The translations under genes and the position numbers were made by a program. Under the pieces are notes generated by a model, which made no database searches, was not told the origin of the DNA, and saw only the letters and a program-made list of their open reading frames with translations. Of a DNA stretch of 64,000 nt, positions 34,801 through 49,263 are shown one piece after another. The stretch lies in contig NC_134026.1 in NCBI RefSeq assembly GCF_964204645.1, positions 12,051,950 to 12,115,949 of the forward strand, read 5' to 3'. Source of the DNA: Tubulanus polymorphus. Taxonomy: Eukaryota > Animalia > Nemertea. The number at the start of each line of letters is the position of its first letter. Position 1 is the first letter of the stretch.

Positions 34801-35656
34801 GTTTGAACTCCATCATGATGTCATAATATTTGTTGAATATGTTAATGAGGTGGATCAGTAGGTGCTATTTCGTTTAAGAAAATGGCGGCTCAATTGGAGT
34901 GAAAAATATAAGTGCCACAATCACAAGTTCGAAAGAGATTTTAAAACATCAAAAGTATAAAAATTTATTAAAACCTCAAATTTTCGGTTTTATTTGGCGG
35001 GAAAATTCTTATTCTCGCGTATAAAATTGCAATGACCTCTACGAGCGAATGGGATTGGCTGTTTTTGGGATATACGGGGAATTCCGGCTCTACTAAGATA
35101 ATTATGGGAAAGCCATAGAATGGCGTACGTTTCATTGGACTAGGTGCCGTATACGTGCAAATTTCAAATGCTCATTGCTGGTGAGGATGTAATTATTTCA
35201 TACATCCGCCGTAGGTATTGTTTCATTTTAATACCCGGTGATTGTTTTGATTGACATTGAAGTGTAAGCGGACATTCACTTACACGAGGCCTCCATGTGC
35301 GCGCGGAGTGCTACACGACACATACACAAGCTCGTACAGTACACTACTAATAAAGGTGATGCTGTAACGCGTGCACGTTTGACATGAAAATAGGCTGAAT
35401 AATCGTAGCAGAAGATGAGCGCCGTTTTCTGTTTGATAGAATTTGTAATAAATTGTAATTTCTTGTGAATATTAAGCAGCAAACTACAAGTATAGGTCGA
35501 GGTCTGAATATTGTAGTCGTAAATTCCAGGATTTAAAACGATCTAATAGCCGTTTTCTTCTGTACCGGTATTTTAACTTCCGTGGCCAACATTGGAAGAG
35601 GTTTCCAAGACCCAATATTCAGCCACCCTCTGATATGTGACATCATATGAATTTTA

Positions 35657-36218
35657 GGCCATCCCATATTAATGGTCTGTTTGCCGTAACCCAACCCATA
35701 CGACTTCAAAGGTATCGAGTGAAAACTTTTTTTCTGGGATTCATTGAAATAAATTTTAATTTTTGATAAAAACGGCCGACCAACCGACACACTGCCGACG
35801 TATGAGCTACGTATGTTTGAATTAAAGTGTGCATCGTGTGTAACATGCCTTGACATGTGGCCTAATTTAAGTTTTCCAGGAAACTGGCGGTGTTCCAATA
35901 AGCTGCCATTCATTCTCATAGTGACTATATTAAAACGTAAAAGCACGCACATATTCAATGTACTATTTCATTTTTAACACAGAGATGACGCTCTGGACGA
36001 AGTTATAATTTTAGAATAATTCTCGAAATCTACGCTATTAGACAAATTTCCCGTGCACGACGTAGATGATTTCTGCGATATTGTTTCCATGTAAAAAAGG
36101 TAATAAATTTTTTTTTTTTTTGCCCAAATATTTTGCAAAAAAATTCCACCTACCTACCGACTCATCCTGAAAAGTTGAGTCGGTGATACGACAAACAGAC
36201 AATTATTTTGGGATGGCC
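35657..36218. mobile_element. MITE with GGCCATCCC TIRs and TTA TSD (PIF/Harbinger-like)
   Basis: GGCCATCCCATATTAATGGTCTGTTTG vs the inverted CAAACAGACAATTATTTTGGGATGGCC; TTA on both flanks. Confidence 0.7.
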
Positions 36219-38293
36219 TTATTTGAATATTTTTTTCATATTGTGAAACATATTTTTTTTGAAAATATAAAATAGTTTCCCTGCCGCGCCTACCTTTACC
36301 CTACAAAATTTTGGACGTGGACCGTAACCAAATGTATATCTTTGGTCTTATTTGACTACAAAATAATTCTTTAAGAAAGATAAAATACAATATAAACTTG
36401 TGGAACTGTTACCAAGATGTTGTGTGCTTTATTTCTCCACTGCTCACGATCTTAACTGATGAGGTTAAAAGAACTGGATTCTGTGAATAACTGCACTAGC
36501 GAGCCTTCAATTTGAATTGTGATTGGATTATCTGTCTGGTCGAGACATGGTCTTTATGATTCTAAAGACACTATCATTCAAATCAGGGATATCAGGATCA
36601 TCCCAATTTGTCGATAAAAAAAAAACTACTGTTCTATGTCATGAAATACCTAGTGTCATTGCTTATTCTCTTATCAGGGGCTGAACAAGGTTTTGTACCA
36701 GAAGTGAACAATAAATATTGAATTCAGTTGAAAGAATTGGTCATGATGAATTTTATAATCGATTTCTAGCAGAGTCAACATTGACATTGTGTGGTCCATG
36801 AGGAGAGAGGATGTTGCGAATTTCCAGATGGCATGGAAATCGACTGTGGCTGACTAATTGATGCGCGCAGATAAAGCGTTGAGGTTACAAAAGATTTCGC
36901 CAAAATGCTTGTATCATTAGGGGTAGACAAACTTTCCGAAGATAAATGAAAACTCCACCTTGTTGATCGTCAGTTGATTTAGCTGTAATTATTTCGTCTG
37001 GATCAATCGACACATTCATTTCAAAATCTGTGTTCAGTAGAATTTCTTTCAATAAAATAAGAATCTATTTGACTAATTTTTTACTAATGTATTCAGGAAA
37101 AATTTAGAAAATCCTAGACTCATAATCAAATTCTGTGAAGTCACTTAAGGTCTTTTGCTCAAATCAAGCCAAGGGCTCAGGTGGCTTAAATACAATTCCT
37201 CACTGTCCTGTAACGCCGAGTACGACAGAGTTTACACACTGAAAAACGTTGCACTGTGTAAGTGTAATTTGGATAAGTCAGCAATATACTTTGGAATAAC
37301 ATCAGTGAAAATCTAAAAAACCTGGAAAATTCTAAACTGTTCCTGAGAAATTATAGAAAGCAACTTTGTGCTTGATTATATTATATAGTTATTCAAACTA
37401 AAATTATTGTTTTTGAAATAATACAGAAAACAACTGGCTTATTAAATGATTACATCTTAATCAAGCTGTTATCATAGTTTACTTTGTTTGCATTTTGTGT
37501 GTTAAGGGTTGACTGTGAGCATATTTTTTTCTTTATTGCATTTCTCTTTTTTTCTTTTCTCTTTTGAGGGACTTGTTTTATACAAACTATTCCTTAGTTT
37601 CTACAGGCCCCTCCAGGTCTAATTTACTGTATTTTGTATTATGCTTTGTACGCTATGCTGTAAATTATATTTGAAAAATAAAGTGTTCAAATCAAATCAA
37701 ATCAATATTAGAAACATCAGATCCCAAGATTAATTGCAAAAAGTGGTTAAGACTCTCAACTACTACTCAGCACCGTTTTGAAAGTGAATTATGAAAACAC
37801 ATGAGGAAGCGACTCGATTATACAACGACTATAGCCTTAGTACAAAATTTAGAACTGAAAGTTTGACCTCGACTTATATCTCGTATCGACTTGGGATGCT
37901 GTGATTGGTTATTATTGAATTTAATGCTTCAGTGGACACTAGATGTCACCACCTCCACAGGCAGTAATGAATTGATAAAATTTGTCTGTAGATATATATA
38001 ATATTACGTATATATAGCATTGCAGGTTGATGTCCATAGCAATTATGAGGGGTTAAGACTGTTACACTTGATACACCCCTGATACACCCCCTCAATTTGA
38101 AAATTCTCCAGGCCAATGTATATATGTTCTTGTGTGTCATCCAAGTGTTATGGCATAATCGACAAATGAATGGACATACGAAAAGTCAACATGAAAGCCC
38201 GCTGGGACTTAAGTCCCCAGTGGATTGAGAATGGTGCAGCAGTGAATGTGCGACGTGATGGTGAGTGTAATATTTTATTTTTTCCTTTTTCAG

Positions 38294-38420
38294 AATACGC
38301 AGCTTCTCAGTCAATTTGTATCTCCATATACAGGCCGAATATATGGTCGACATGTAACAGGATTATGTTTACCGATGCAAAGGCGTGTTTCACATCTGAT
38401 TAATCGAGCCAGAAGATTTG
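38294..38420 (+). CDS. MRPS18C: MRPS18C exon 4 (NTQLLSQFVSPYTGRIYGRHVTGLC...RAR)
   Basis: Ribosomal S18 signature; canonical CAG and GTAAGT boundaries. Confidence 0.95.
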
Positions 38421-39829
38421 GTAAGTTACTAAGTTTTCATGTATTGCCAATGTATAGCTAGCCAAATTATCAAAATAACACAACAATTGGCGCTAAACAT
38501 AACTAGTCTTTTTTCAATGATAAGTATACTGACTTATAAATCCCCCTCTTCCAACTTTGAAACCACTAACAGAAATTTCAGTTGACCCAAAACATAAATA
38601 AAGATGGTGCCACCCACCCTGATTATCGTGATAATCATGTTAACAAAAGTATAAGCGCTTAGCACCACAAAGGACTTTTTTCAAGCGCATTGATTTCTAG
38701 CTGTACTTGATTTTCTTATCAGGTAATAAGTTATTGACAGTTCTATTTTGACAAAGTCTAAATGGCTTTGGAGACCTGTTCTGAAATAACTTGCTAACAA
38801 AATGCCATGTATTGATACTCGTCTTTTGTACTGTACCCTCTCAATGTGCTATTAGTGACATTTGAAAAATAATCGATCCAAGAAAGAACAGTGCAATGAG
38901 AATTGTGTGAAGCATTCCAGTTTTGTGAAAATTTGTTCCATCCGGAAAATGCCTGTATTTTGCGATGCATCTCAGGCAGTTTTTTTTTTTTCGTTAAGCG
39001 CACATTCCCAGCCAAAAGTATTCCTCTGGACCCGGTTCCTCAGTTCTAGCTGAAGCACAAGTTTACTGTGGCAGTGATTCATAAAGTTTAATGAGCTTTT
39101 TATCGTTACTGTCTTTTGTTACACCGAAGACTTTCCCATTAACTGTCCAAACTTTAGAATATAGGTCAGAGTTTAATGCGCGCTCACTAATTTTGAAATC
39201 TCCGGTCGCAGATCTCCCCTTATTATGATTCCAGTTCCTTTTAAGGATGAACGCTCATAAATGATTGAGTCTCTTGAATTGCGATTAAAGAAACGGACAA
39301 TTATCCCATCTGGTCTTTTAGTACCATTTACATATATATTGGTTCCTTCGTTTGAACTCTTATGAGCAACTTATCAGAAGCTGAAATTTTGGAAGGTAAT
39401 CTAAGTTTGTGATACAGGGTTCCGTAGTGAAATTCCTAGCTCAGAGAATTGACAAGAAATGTGGTTGTTAGTTAATTCAGTTTATTGATGAGCCCACCGA
39501 GCTGTTGCGAGAGCTAGAACAAGAGTCTAGAATAAGAGAGTGACAAGAGAGTCAGTCCACGACAAGAGTATTTATACTCTCAGATGGCCACGTCAATTGA
39601 ACAATGACCATCTGGATTACTTGATGATCACGAAGGCCACGTTGGTAAAACAATGACCATCTGGATTAATCACGAAGGCCATATTTACAAATGTAGAGTT
39701 TCAAATATGTGCTCAAATTTCCGGAGCATATGTTTCACTGTAAGCTATCTAGCTCATCTTCTATATATCACTGTATCTATATACATCTAGTACTTGACTG
39801 CAATAAACTGATATCCATCTCAGTGTAGA

Positions 39830-40400
39830 GTTAACAAATAAAAACCCACAGTTAGGTCTGTAAAATAATATATTTTCTTTACAGTTTCGAAGCTTTACCT
39901 AAGCCCCATCATCAGAAGAACAAAAACACAATAATGAATTACAGTAATTCAAAATTATAGAGGTTACTGTGGAATACTAATAGTCTCTAATAGTTAATAA
40001 GGAAGGGAACCCGAGAGCTAAGAAACAATAAAAAGATATATGAATAGGACGAATAGACGCAAACACAGGAATTAGTAAGCAGATATGTTCAAACCAGATA
40101 AACATATTCAGATAAGAGTTTGTTGTGTGGGGAGAAACCTGTATTTGAATTCACAGTATTGGGAGTTTCTAAGATAATAGCTGATTCCATAATAGGTCTT
40201 TTTTTAAGATCATCGCATGGATCTATTAACTCGCTTTAATTGTAATTAAATATATGGCCGGCTTCAAAAGTATGTGTAAACACTGAACTTTCCGGTTTGG
40301 CATTGATATAGCATCACGTCTATGTTCTTTTATTCATTTACTAACTGACCGACCAGTCTCTCCGATGTAAACCTTTTCACATTGACTACAGGGAATTGCG
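39830..40400 (-). mobile_element. Penelope-like retroelement fragment (GIY-YIG endonuclease and pLTR remnant)
   Basis: Minus strand near 40400-40310 reads AIPCSQCEKVYIGETGRSV...IKEHR; CTGATGA...CGAAA motif near 39885-39915. Confidence 0.7.
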
Positions 40401-40422
40401 TTAATACCAATTAGACGGCTGA

Positions 40423-40812
40423 TTAGTCCCAGCGGGCTATTGCGTTCACTTTTCATCCTTCGTCTGTCCAGTTATCTTGGGAAGTTTTAAGGACTCTTCA
40501 ATGTAATGTCTTGATATTTGGTTTACATATGTATCTACTCTAGACACATCTTCAGCCCAAAAACTGGCCCTGTCAGATTCAAGATGGCCGACTGGCAGCC
40601 ATTGTTGTTCGCCAAAATCAGCACTGTTTACACACTTTTCAAGTTTTTGAGGAAAATTTTTAAGACGCTTTGATCAATTATCTTAATCTTTCATATGCAT
40701 TTGTATCCCCCAAGGGTCCATCAGCATAAGAAAAATTGGGTCAATTGGACTCAAGATGTTTGTCCTATGACCTTTTTTGTGCCCAAAAACGTCAATTTTG
40801 GCCCAAATTCCG
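40423..40812 (+). repeat. Helentron-associated/DINE-like non-autonomous repeat
   Basis: Begins TTAGTCCCAGCGGGCTATTGCGTTCACTTTTC, as does the copy at 45347; internal part shared with 59200-59530. Confidence 0.65.
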
Positions 40813-40819
40813 AGTCCTC

Positions 40820-41446
40820 TAGCTTCCTACTCATAGAAACCAAGAATCTGTTGTTAAGAAACATATATATAACAGACGAATCTGGATCTAGCATCTGTAT
40901 TGTGGCAAGAACAGGCCATCAACTTTGATCCTGATTATATTGATGTTATACAAGTTGAAAATGGAAAAGTATCTGAATATCCCAAAGGTTGTTTATTTTT
41001 GCAAACTACAAAGACGAGTAAAGTAACATTCAATCCAAAGATTTCCAATACTAAAAGAGATGCTCCTATGAATATAGATATCAATAATTTGACAGTCACA
41101 AAACCAATAGCAGTTAATGAAATCAACTCTATTAAAGATTTAATAGAAGGACCAGGGAGTATTACATACTCTGTACAATGCAACATAGCTACAACAGCTA
41201 ATAGTGCAACGTATTTAGGCTGCAGGAAATCATTTTGTCGTACAAAATCAATATCACTTGGTAATGTTTTTATCATGCAGAAAATGTGGCTTGCAGGCCC
41301 GAGCAACACCGTATTTTGCATTGTCCTTAAAATTACAGGATGTCAATGATGATTCAATAGATTCACAACTGTGGGTTAAAATCTTTGGGACCTATGCCCT
41401 TACAGATGGGGAGAACCCAAATTTAAGTCCTCGTGACTTACACCAG
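40820..41446 (+). pseudogene. RPA70-like OB-fold protein relic (Helitron cargo type); likely continues after 46311
   Basis: ITDESGS...WQEQA, Y.GC...C..K...C.KC zinc ribbon, L.LQD...LWVKIFG. Confidence 0.6.
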
Positions 41447-41817
41447 CAGGGCTGCCAATGTCTCCGATTTCAGCGGAGTTTGCTACGGTAAAACCAGTAG
41501 AACTCCGGTGCCACGGGAGTGGTGAAAAAACTACGCACGAGCGTCGGTCTCATTCCGGTACTCCGCCGAAGAGTCAACCGAATACGCCCATAATCAATTT
41601 CACTCCGGTGTTCCGTTAGAATGCCAATCGAATACGCTCAAATTTATTTCACTCCGGTGTTCCATTAGAATGCCAATCGAATACGCTCAAATCAATTTTG
41701 TCATTGTAAAATCCTATCCACAGAAGGGTAGTCTTTGGTTTGTGCGCATGCGCAGTTATCATTAAGCGATCATGAAATGTGATAGTCGGAGGTTGGATTT
41801 AGTGTTCACCTGTTAAC

Positions 41818-44800
41818 ATGGCGGCATCATTGTCTGATTTGGATTTTTCGGCAAACGAATCGAATTCCGATGATGATGAAAGCGAATCAGAAGAAGGTGA
41901 AGTAACTGCGAGGAAGAGAAAATCCAAACAAGGGACTAGTAACGAACAACAGAATAAAAAAACCTGTGTCGCCAATCAAAAATTCAGAGCAGAATATACG
42001 TCCAAGTATCCGTGCATTGTTCCATCTCAAATATCAAATAGTTATGCACTGTGTACTTACTGTCTGTAACCTTGATTTTCTTGTTACACACGGTGGGTTG
42101 ACAGATGTCAGGAAACATTGTGAAGAAAGCAATAGTCACGAAGCTAAGGCAAAGCTGCGGACAATACGAATACAAGCAGAATACAAGCAGACACCGAGGA
42201 GTGATTAGATTTATTAGAGACAAACATAAAGACTGCTTTTTAGCCGGTTGTGTGTGTCATCTATTGGCTTTGGCTACTAGAAAGGCAATTACAGCCTTCC
42301 AAGGGGATATTGATTTTGACAACATCTTAAAACTCACAAATTGGTACCTGGAAAAGTCAAGTAAATGAAAAGCAAAACTATCCAAAATTCAAAGAGATAA
42401 TAACATTCCTGAGCAGGCTATGATTAAACGTGTACCAACTAGATGGCTTTCTATGTGGCCTGCTTTGATCAGACTTCTAGATCAGTGGAGGGCATTAGAA
42501 ATATTCTTCAACGAAGAATGTGCTGTGAACGAGCCATGTGACGTAAGGGCAAGGTGATGATGATTTAGTCAACCCAGAAACAGTAAAAGCAACATTAAAA
42601 AAGTTTTTCAATAGTAAGAAAACAAGATTATATGCTGCCTTCTTGGTGAAAGCACTCAAGGTAATTTGTGTTAACAGTATCAGTAATTAATAGAATATTT
42701 AATCAGTCAACAACAGGCCTAAGGTTTTGAAATTTTAGGCTAAACAAAAATGATACCTTGTTTTTCTGCTTGTTTTTAAACTGCAATAAACTTTTATCTT
42801 TTAGAGTCTTGAGTTCACAAACGAAAGTCTGCAGACGAATCATGGCACCATACACATCGTGAAGAGGAGTTTGGAGAGATTATTCCAAAAGTTGCTGGTC
42901 TGTTTCACAAAGCCTGCTGCATTGAAAAGTACTGCCTGTGTTTTGTCTACTGATTTCACCAGCAGATATAACATAAAGGTTAGTAATATATTCCTCATTT
43001 AGAGGGGGTTCCAGAAACCAGGAATCAATTTTGTTGATTCATGGATTTTTAGACTAATACTACCATACTAGTCCCTAGCCCTCTACTAGTTATGGGAGTT
43101 GCTTGGTATTTTACAATCGTTCAGATCAAATCCAGGCCATCATCTTTGGCCAACTAATCAAGAAAGCATAGCCATAATTTTCTTTTAAATGTGGTAGGCC
43201 CCTATTAAATGTTCCTTTTCTAAATCATCATCTGGGCAGAGTCGTCTTTTGTCGATGTTTGTATACTCTGTTAGATAGCTGGTGAAGATTAGGCATTTCC
43301 TGCATGGGAGGGCGGGAGGAGCAGTATTTTCAGACTGGTTCATCATTGATCTTCAACACATGACAATTTGAAATAAAAGATAAATTGGTTGATTGATGTT
43401 GACTTTGTTTTTTACCCAGTGCACAGATATAAACTGATTAGAAAGTGCTACATTTTCAATCTCCTCAATCAAAGGGCTTAGACCAATTCTCGCTTTATTT
43501 TGTCAGTATTGATTACCTCAAATAGCCTTTCTAATCGGCGACGGGTAAGTGTAGTGCACTTACAAATTTGTAACTAGAAAGAAACTTAAAAAGAGGACGT
43601 TTGTCTAACTAACTGGCTTTAAAACGACCTTAAACGTCTGTCAACCAAATCGGAAGTGCGTCATCAACCGGCAAACCGATCACATAAGGACGTTCGTCTA
43701 ACGAACGTCCTAAAAAGATTCATACCGATGTGTAGTTGGTATAGTCTGTATTATTCAACCCTATCGTGCCTAGGGTAAGATAAATCACAACTGCCTGGAT
43801 ACTACTGATAATCTGTCCCAGCTTTAGTTTTGTCTAGCAAGCTGGTGCTGCCACCTGGTTTTCAACCTTACTAATTCTAAACCAGCGGTGTAAATAGCGA
43901 TTTTACAATGTTTTGGCCTGGTTTGAACATTGTATGATTTCAATTGTAGAACAGAGATATAGTAATTGGAAGCAAGGCCATGGAATGCCTCGCATTGGTG
44001 AATAATGACACGGCATCAGCATTCTACAAAGCTGTTGTCTTATTTTACCAAGCAGCATGTTCTTATATAAAGGATAAGATCTACCCTGAAAAAGAACCAT
44101 TGTGGTATCATGCTCAGGTAAATATCTTCACTGAAATTGATAAGCCACGATGATCAAAGGATGGCTTAAGTTGGGTGCCCTACAACAAGAAAGGTTACTA
44201 TCGAATGTTTAATTATGACGACAGTCAGCTTTGCCTTTGATGCAAATTATTTAAATCTATGAATGTAATATACATACTTTCTTTTGTCCCAGGTATAAAT
44301 GTCATTTGCTCCATGTATTTTGAAAAGAAATGTATTTTCTTTGAAATTTCTTTCGCTTCAGGTGGCTGATATCACAGGAAGGCAGAACTCGTCATTTGCT
44401 AGTATTAAATATTTCCTCGAGAGATTTGGTTGCCTGTCAGATGTTATTGACCAAGATGAGTTACATATGGAGTTCCTGGACTTCCAGTCATAACAAGATT
44501 CAGAATTACCTCAAGAGTTGTTTACCATTCCATCATCAAAAGACATCAACGAACCACGTCCAATTGAAGATCAGTGGAACATGTTGGGGAAATTAACAGA
44601 TTTCAACCATGCTCCAAGGTATTATTATTGCCTATTCACATTTTCATTAAAGTTTATTTGCACTGGTTCATTTTCTTTTACCCCTATAGTCAACCATTAG
44701 TATTATGAATCATGCCCGTCCCATCCAATGTTAAATGTCTCCTAAACCTTTGCTGATTTAATAAGCTACCATCGACTCTGCAGGAAGAGTACCTGGAGTG

Positions 44801-45250
44801 GTATAAAGTATTATGTGTATTTAAAATTGAGTTCAATGCAACGGACATTGCCACAATGTCAGTGTTAATTATCTAATGCAGAATTAGTATTGTTGTTATA
44901 GTATGTGTGCACATTTATTTCATTGAAAAATTTGATACTGACTAATTCTTCAAATGTATATATCTCCACATATGTTCATGCCACTTCGCAAATCTTTTTA
45001 GGTTCAAGCAGCTAGAGAAATTTATGATGTGTATACTTCTTATTCCGGTATCGAATGCCCCTTGTGAGAGGGTGTTTTCCACTGTTAAAAAAAACAAAAC
45101 GATCTTCAGGAGTACATTGAAACCAGAAACCTTGGAGTCGATGATGATCCTGAAAGCACGCGGGGCAACTGTTACGACTTTAACCCATCAGAAGAACTTC
45201 TAAGAAAAGCTAAGGCTGCAACATTTCGGTACTTACAGGAAAAACATTAA
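41818..45250 (+). pseudogene. Intron-containing hAT transposase pseudogene
   Basis: BED-like finger (CTYC...HGGLTDVRKH), GCVCHL, VPTRWLS and the dimerization motif IPVSNAPCERVFS near 45040-45080. Confidence 0.88.
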
Positions 45251-45346
45251 TTAGTAAATAATTAAACTGTTTTTAGACATTGAATTCTCAGAAGAACCAA
45301 GGAAAGTAGTTATCTACATGAGTTTATTATTAGCCAACTTGGGACT

Positions 45347-45866
45347 TTAGTCCCAGCGGGCTATTGCGTTCACTTTTCGTTCGTCCGTCCGTCCTGAGAC
45401 GGAAGCCAGTTATTTTGGAAAGTTTTGAAGACGCTTTTATGGATTGTCTTGATATATAATTGGCAGCCATCTTAGTATCATCAGTTCTCATTCGCAGGTG
45501 GAAAAAGGTTTTTTGAGGAAAATATCTACAGGTTTTAACTAATAGTCTTGATACTTAATTATTATTAGCACTGTCATAGGATACATCTCCTCACTTGGAA
45601 TTGGGATCACCCAATTCTTTTTTCTTGCCACCAGGGGGAGTTAGATATTGAATAATATACAATTTGTCTATTTATATTGGTAACTATGCATATTTTCTGA
45701 CCACAATCGATTACAAAGTTGAAGCTCATGACATGTTCTATGATAGTGGTGAGTTTCAAGGTCATTGGATTTTGTATATGGTCACCAGGGGGCGTTGAAT
45801 ATTGAAATTGCTTGAGCATTTCAAACCACTTCCCAAGTGGGCATGATGTCCCTGGACCCCTAGTTA
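45347..45866 (+). repeat. Helentron-associated/DINE-like repeat nested in the hAT 3' region
   Basis: Same 5' end as 40423, (CCGT)n microsatellite, shares sequence with 59640-59825. Confidence 0.65.
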
Positions 45867-47746
45867 CTATAGTGTATTTTTCTGCAGTTGTGTTTGTAGA
45901 TAAGTTAATGGAGTTGTACTTTTGTATGTACATTTATCAGAGTTTATTAGTTGGTTAGTTTGTGGTATATGTAGTATTAATCAAATATGGCCCATGTGCA
46001 TTACAGTCTTTGTGATGAAAAAAAAAGGTATTTTTTGATAGCAATGATAGCAATAATGCGTAAATCTAATGTGTGTATATTTCTTTGTGAAGGAAAGTTT
46101 AACAATCAATTTTAATCAATACAAACAGAATTTTATCATTATTTTGTGTTTTTCTTGGTATTATCTGGTCGTTTCGGCTGCTACTGAGAATCAATGATTT
46201 GCTACTATCACTAGAATGTTTGATTTTGCCCTGCTACTGACTGAAATAAGAAAACTACTATCAAAATTGTATAGTGTTACTACAAAAAAATTGTGAGGTT
46301 GGCAGGTCTGCACCAGTACAGATGAAGCTGTTAAACTATTGATTGTGACTGGCACGTGGACCTCACAAGAAGATCGTATTCAACTACACCTGTGACGAGA
46401 TGGCCGTACAGAACGTGAACATTGCTGCTGTTTCTGTGGATACAATGCATTACGGTAACTTTTTTTCAGCCGAAGGTAATATAGTTGCTTCTTTGTCTCG
46501 AATAAGTGGTCAGATGAAGATGATAGAAAATTATAGGAATTTTGGATATAAGATACTACCGTACGATCAAAAAAGTTATCGCCAGTTAAAATAGTATGAT
46601 TCACAATTCTTATTTTTCTAGGCATCTAGTTCCAATCAGCATAAATCAATTTTAGTTTCATTTCGTACTAGAAGTATTCGAATACGGTAAACTTCTCAGA
46701 GAATAGGTCTAAGGTTAATTAGTCAAATTCATCTACTTACGTATCTATACAGTGCGTATCTATACTTTTTTCGCAACAAACTATTTCGACCATACGAAAG
46801 AATCTGCAATTTTCATTTTCATAGGTTTATAATTTTTGTTCGTTAGTATAACTGAAACATGAAGATGAATTGGTTAAATTTTTATGTGGACAAATATATA
46901 ATCTCAGTAACACCTGACCACTTATTTTGGATGATGATCATTTTTTTCTTTTGGTTGACAAGGGTAACTGTATTTGTGTTGTGTTATTGCCTGAACATTG
47001 CTCTGATGTCAGATGTTGCACGTTACTATCATTGTATCACAAAATTCCGTCACAAAGCTATTTCCAGTCAGTGATCGAGAGATCTTCGAAACGGAGAAAT
47101 GCGTACTACTTGCTATCACCAACTGGACTTCGGGACGCTATAACTACACAACACATCGCTAGTTTTGTTCGTCGCAGAATCAACCAGAATGCAGGGATCC
47201 TCTGCAGATCATTCATAATCGCGGTTAACGTATCGTCGCATCATACGTATATAACGACAAAATGTGATCTTTTGTGAATGACTGAGAATCCGGCCGTTAC
47301 TGTCCAGCGTTTGCACATTTTCGCGCGGTGAAACTCAAACTTTCATGTTTTCGTGGCGGAAGGAGTTTTTATGAGCTTTCAGCATCTACGTTTTCGTTTT
47401 CGGCAAATTTGGAGGACCAAATTTAATAGGACAAGGGGGCATCTGTCACCCTGATATAAGTCACATATTTCATAATCATATATATATCTACAATTTCATA
47501 AGGAACATTTCATAAGGAATATTTCATAATACTCATATCTCTTATACATGGAAATGCTTAACAATAATACTAATATTAATAATGTAAATAACTTATGAAT
47601 ATAGTATCAATATGTGCTATAATCGTAATCAACATTTGACATTACTCATTATGTTTTCATAGTAATTAGCTCTAGTCAGTGCTCAAAATAATTGATTAAG
47701 GTCTCTCTAACATGTCACTAGGTGTTAGTTTGCGAGTCCTGATGTC

Positions 47747-48518
47747 CACAGGGGTTTGGCGATGGGCTTGGATTTTACTTCCGGGTTGTTGATAATCTCG
47801 CGAGAATGGTGCTAAATATGAACTGCGAATAAATTCAAAATATCACGGAAATACCTTGTGTTTATATTGTTTATTTATCCGCTAAATAGTTCCGATAAAG
47901 GATTGGTTGTTAAGAATCATTATCAGACGGTCGTCATGCTACTATATAAAATAACAAGGGATGAAACGCCTTCAGAGTTGTGCCAGCCAGAAAGTTGGGA
48001 CAATCACGTGACATTCTGATGATGTCATCACATTTAAAACTTTAACATGAAAAGTTAACATATTCACAGACTGACATCAATTGTCAGATTATGATTCATA
48101 TGAAATTAATAACTTATAAAAAATAAATTATGATCAAATATATAATAGACAAAAAATGCATTTGAATGTAAGTTATTCTCAAATATTTTTCGTATCATAG
48201 TTTCCATCTTAGATGCTTCGGGTTCGCGTTCAGTCAAATAAGAAGCGCAACTGTCACGTGACTGTCCCAACTTTCTGGCTGGCACGAATTGAACTGCGTT
48301 TCATCCCTTGTTATTTTATATAGTAGCGAGACGACCGTCTGATAATGATTCTTAACGACCAATTGTTTATCGAAACTTTATAGCGGATAAATAAACAACA
48401 TAAACACAAGGTATTTCCGTGATATTTTGAATTTATTCGCAGTTCATATTTAGCGCCATTCTCGCGAGATTATCAACAACCCGGAAGTAAAATCCAAGCC
48501 CATCGCCAAACCCCTGTG
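47747..48518. mobile_element. Second copy of the CACAGGGG long-TIR MITE
   Basis: Highly similar to 20537-21327; TSD CTGATGTC/CCGATGTC (7 of 8 match). Confidence 0.9.
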
Positions 48519-48638
48519 CCGATGTCTACAACTTGTCTGACACACAGTTCTCACATCATACTCATGATTCTGTATATAAAGACTATGTAAAGTTATGATA
48601 ATCATTCTCATTCCGGGATGCAATAAAGATTGTACATA

Positions 48639-49263
48639 CCGTATTTTCCGGCCAATAAGCCGACTCGGCCAATAAGCCGAGGGCAGTTTTTTAGCCTAAA
48701 ATACATGGATTTCATAAAGCTTCGCCCAATAAGCCGAGGCCCTTCATCAGAGATTTTAATTCACTGATTTGTCAATTAGTTCGTCTTAATTGACGATTTA
48801 AGAGGCTGACAGTAGCGCCCGCTGATGTGTGAGAGTGCGGTGTATACTATCATCGCCGAGTGACTGTGGTATATATAGACTCACTCAGCTGATTACTATA
48901 CACACAGCCATACACGCAGTACGCGGCTCACTGCTGATTTGCATATATACTAATGTATGAACTGACACGTGGTAGTACCATGAACTCGCGCGTTATATAA
49001 ATGTATACCATTGCCGCTGTGCGGTGATGGAACAATCAAAGTAAAAATAAAATAGTTCAAAATAGATTATAATTGGTAGTAAATAATGACCTCAAATAAA
49101 TATCGACCACTTTTCTTGATTTTGACGATCATTGAGAGCATTAGAGTGGCATAGATCGGAAAGTGATTTTTTATGTCAGATCGTATCCGCCCAATAAGCC
49201 GATCACGATATTTTGGGTAAAAATCTGAGGCTAGAAAATCGGCTTATTGGCCGGAAAATATGG
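48639..49263. mobile_element. Tc1/mariner (pogo-like) MITE
   Basis: TIR CCGTATTTTCCGGCCAATAAGCCGA, TA on both flanks, internal copies of CCAATAAGCCGA. Confidence 0.88.

Larger units (their letters stand above)
41447..46310 (+). mobile_element. hAT DNA transposon, internally deleted, with 6-bp TSD
   Basis: TIRs CAGGGCTGCCAA / TTGGCAGGTCTG; CACCAG duplicated on both flanks; subterminal ACTCCGGT and CTACT repeats. Confidence 0.85.

Noticed and set aside
31559-36000. Numerous 60-140 aa ORFs
   Set aside because: No recognisable motifs; they lie in intronic repeat-derived DNA
39408-39785. Possible solo LTR
   Set aside because: LTR-like composition and TG...CA candidates, but no convincing TSD or boundaries
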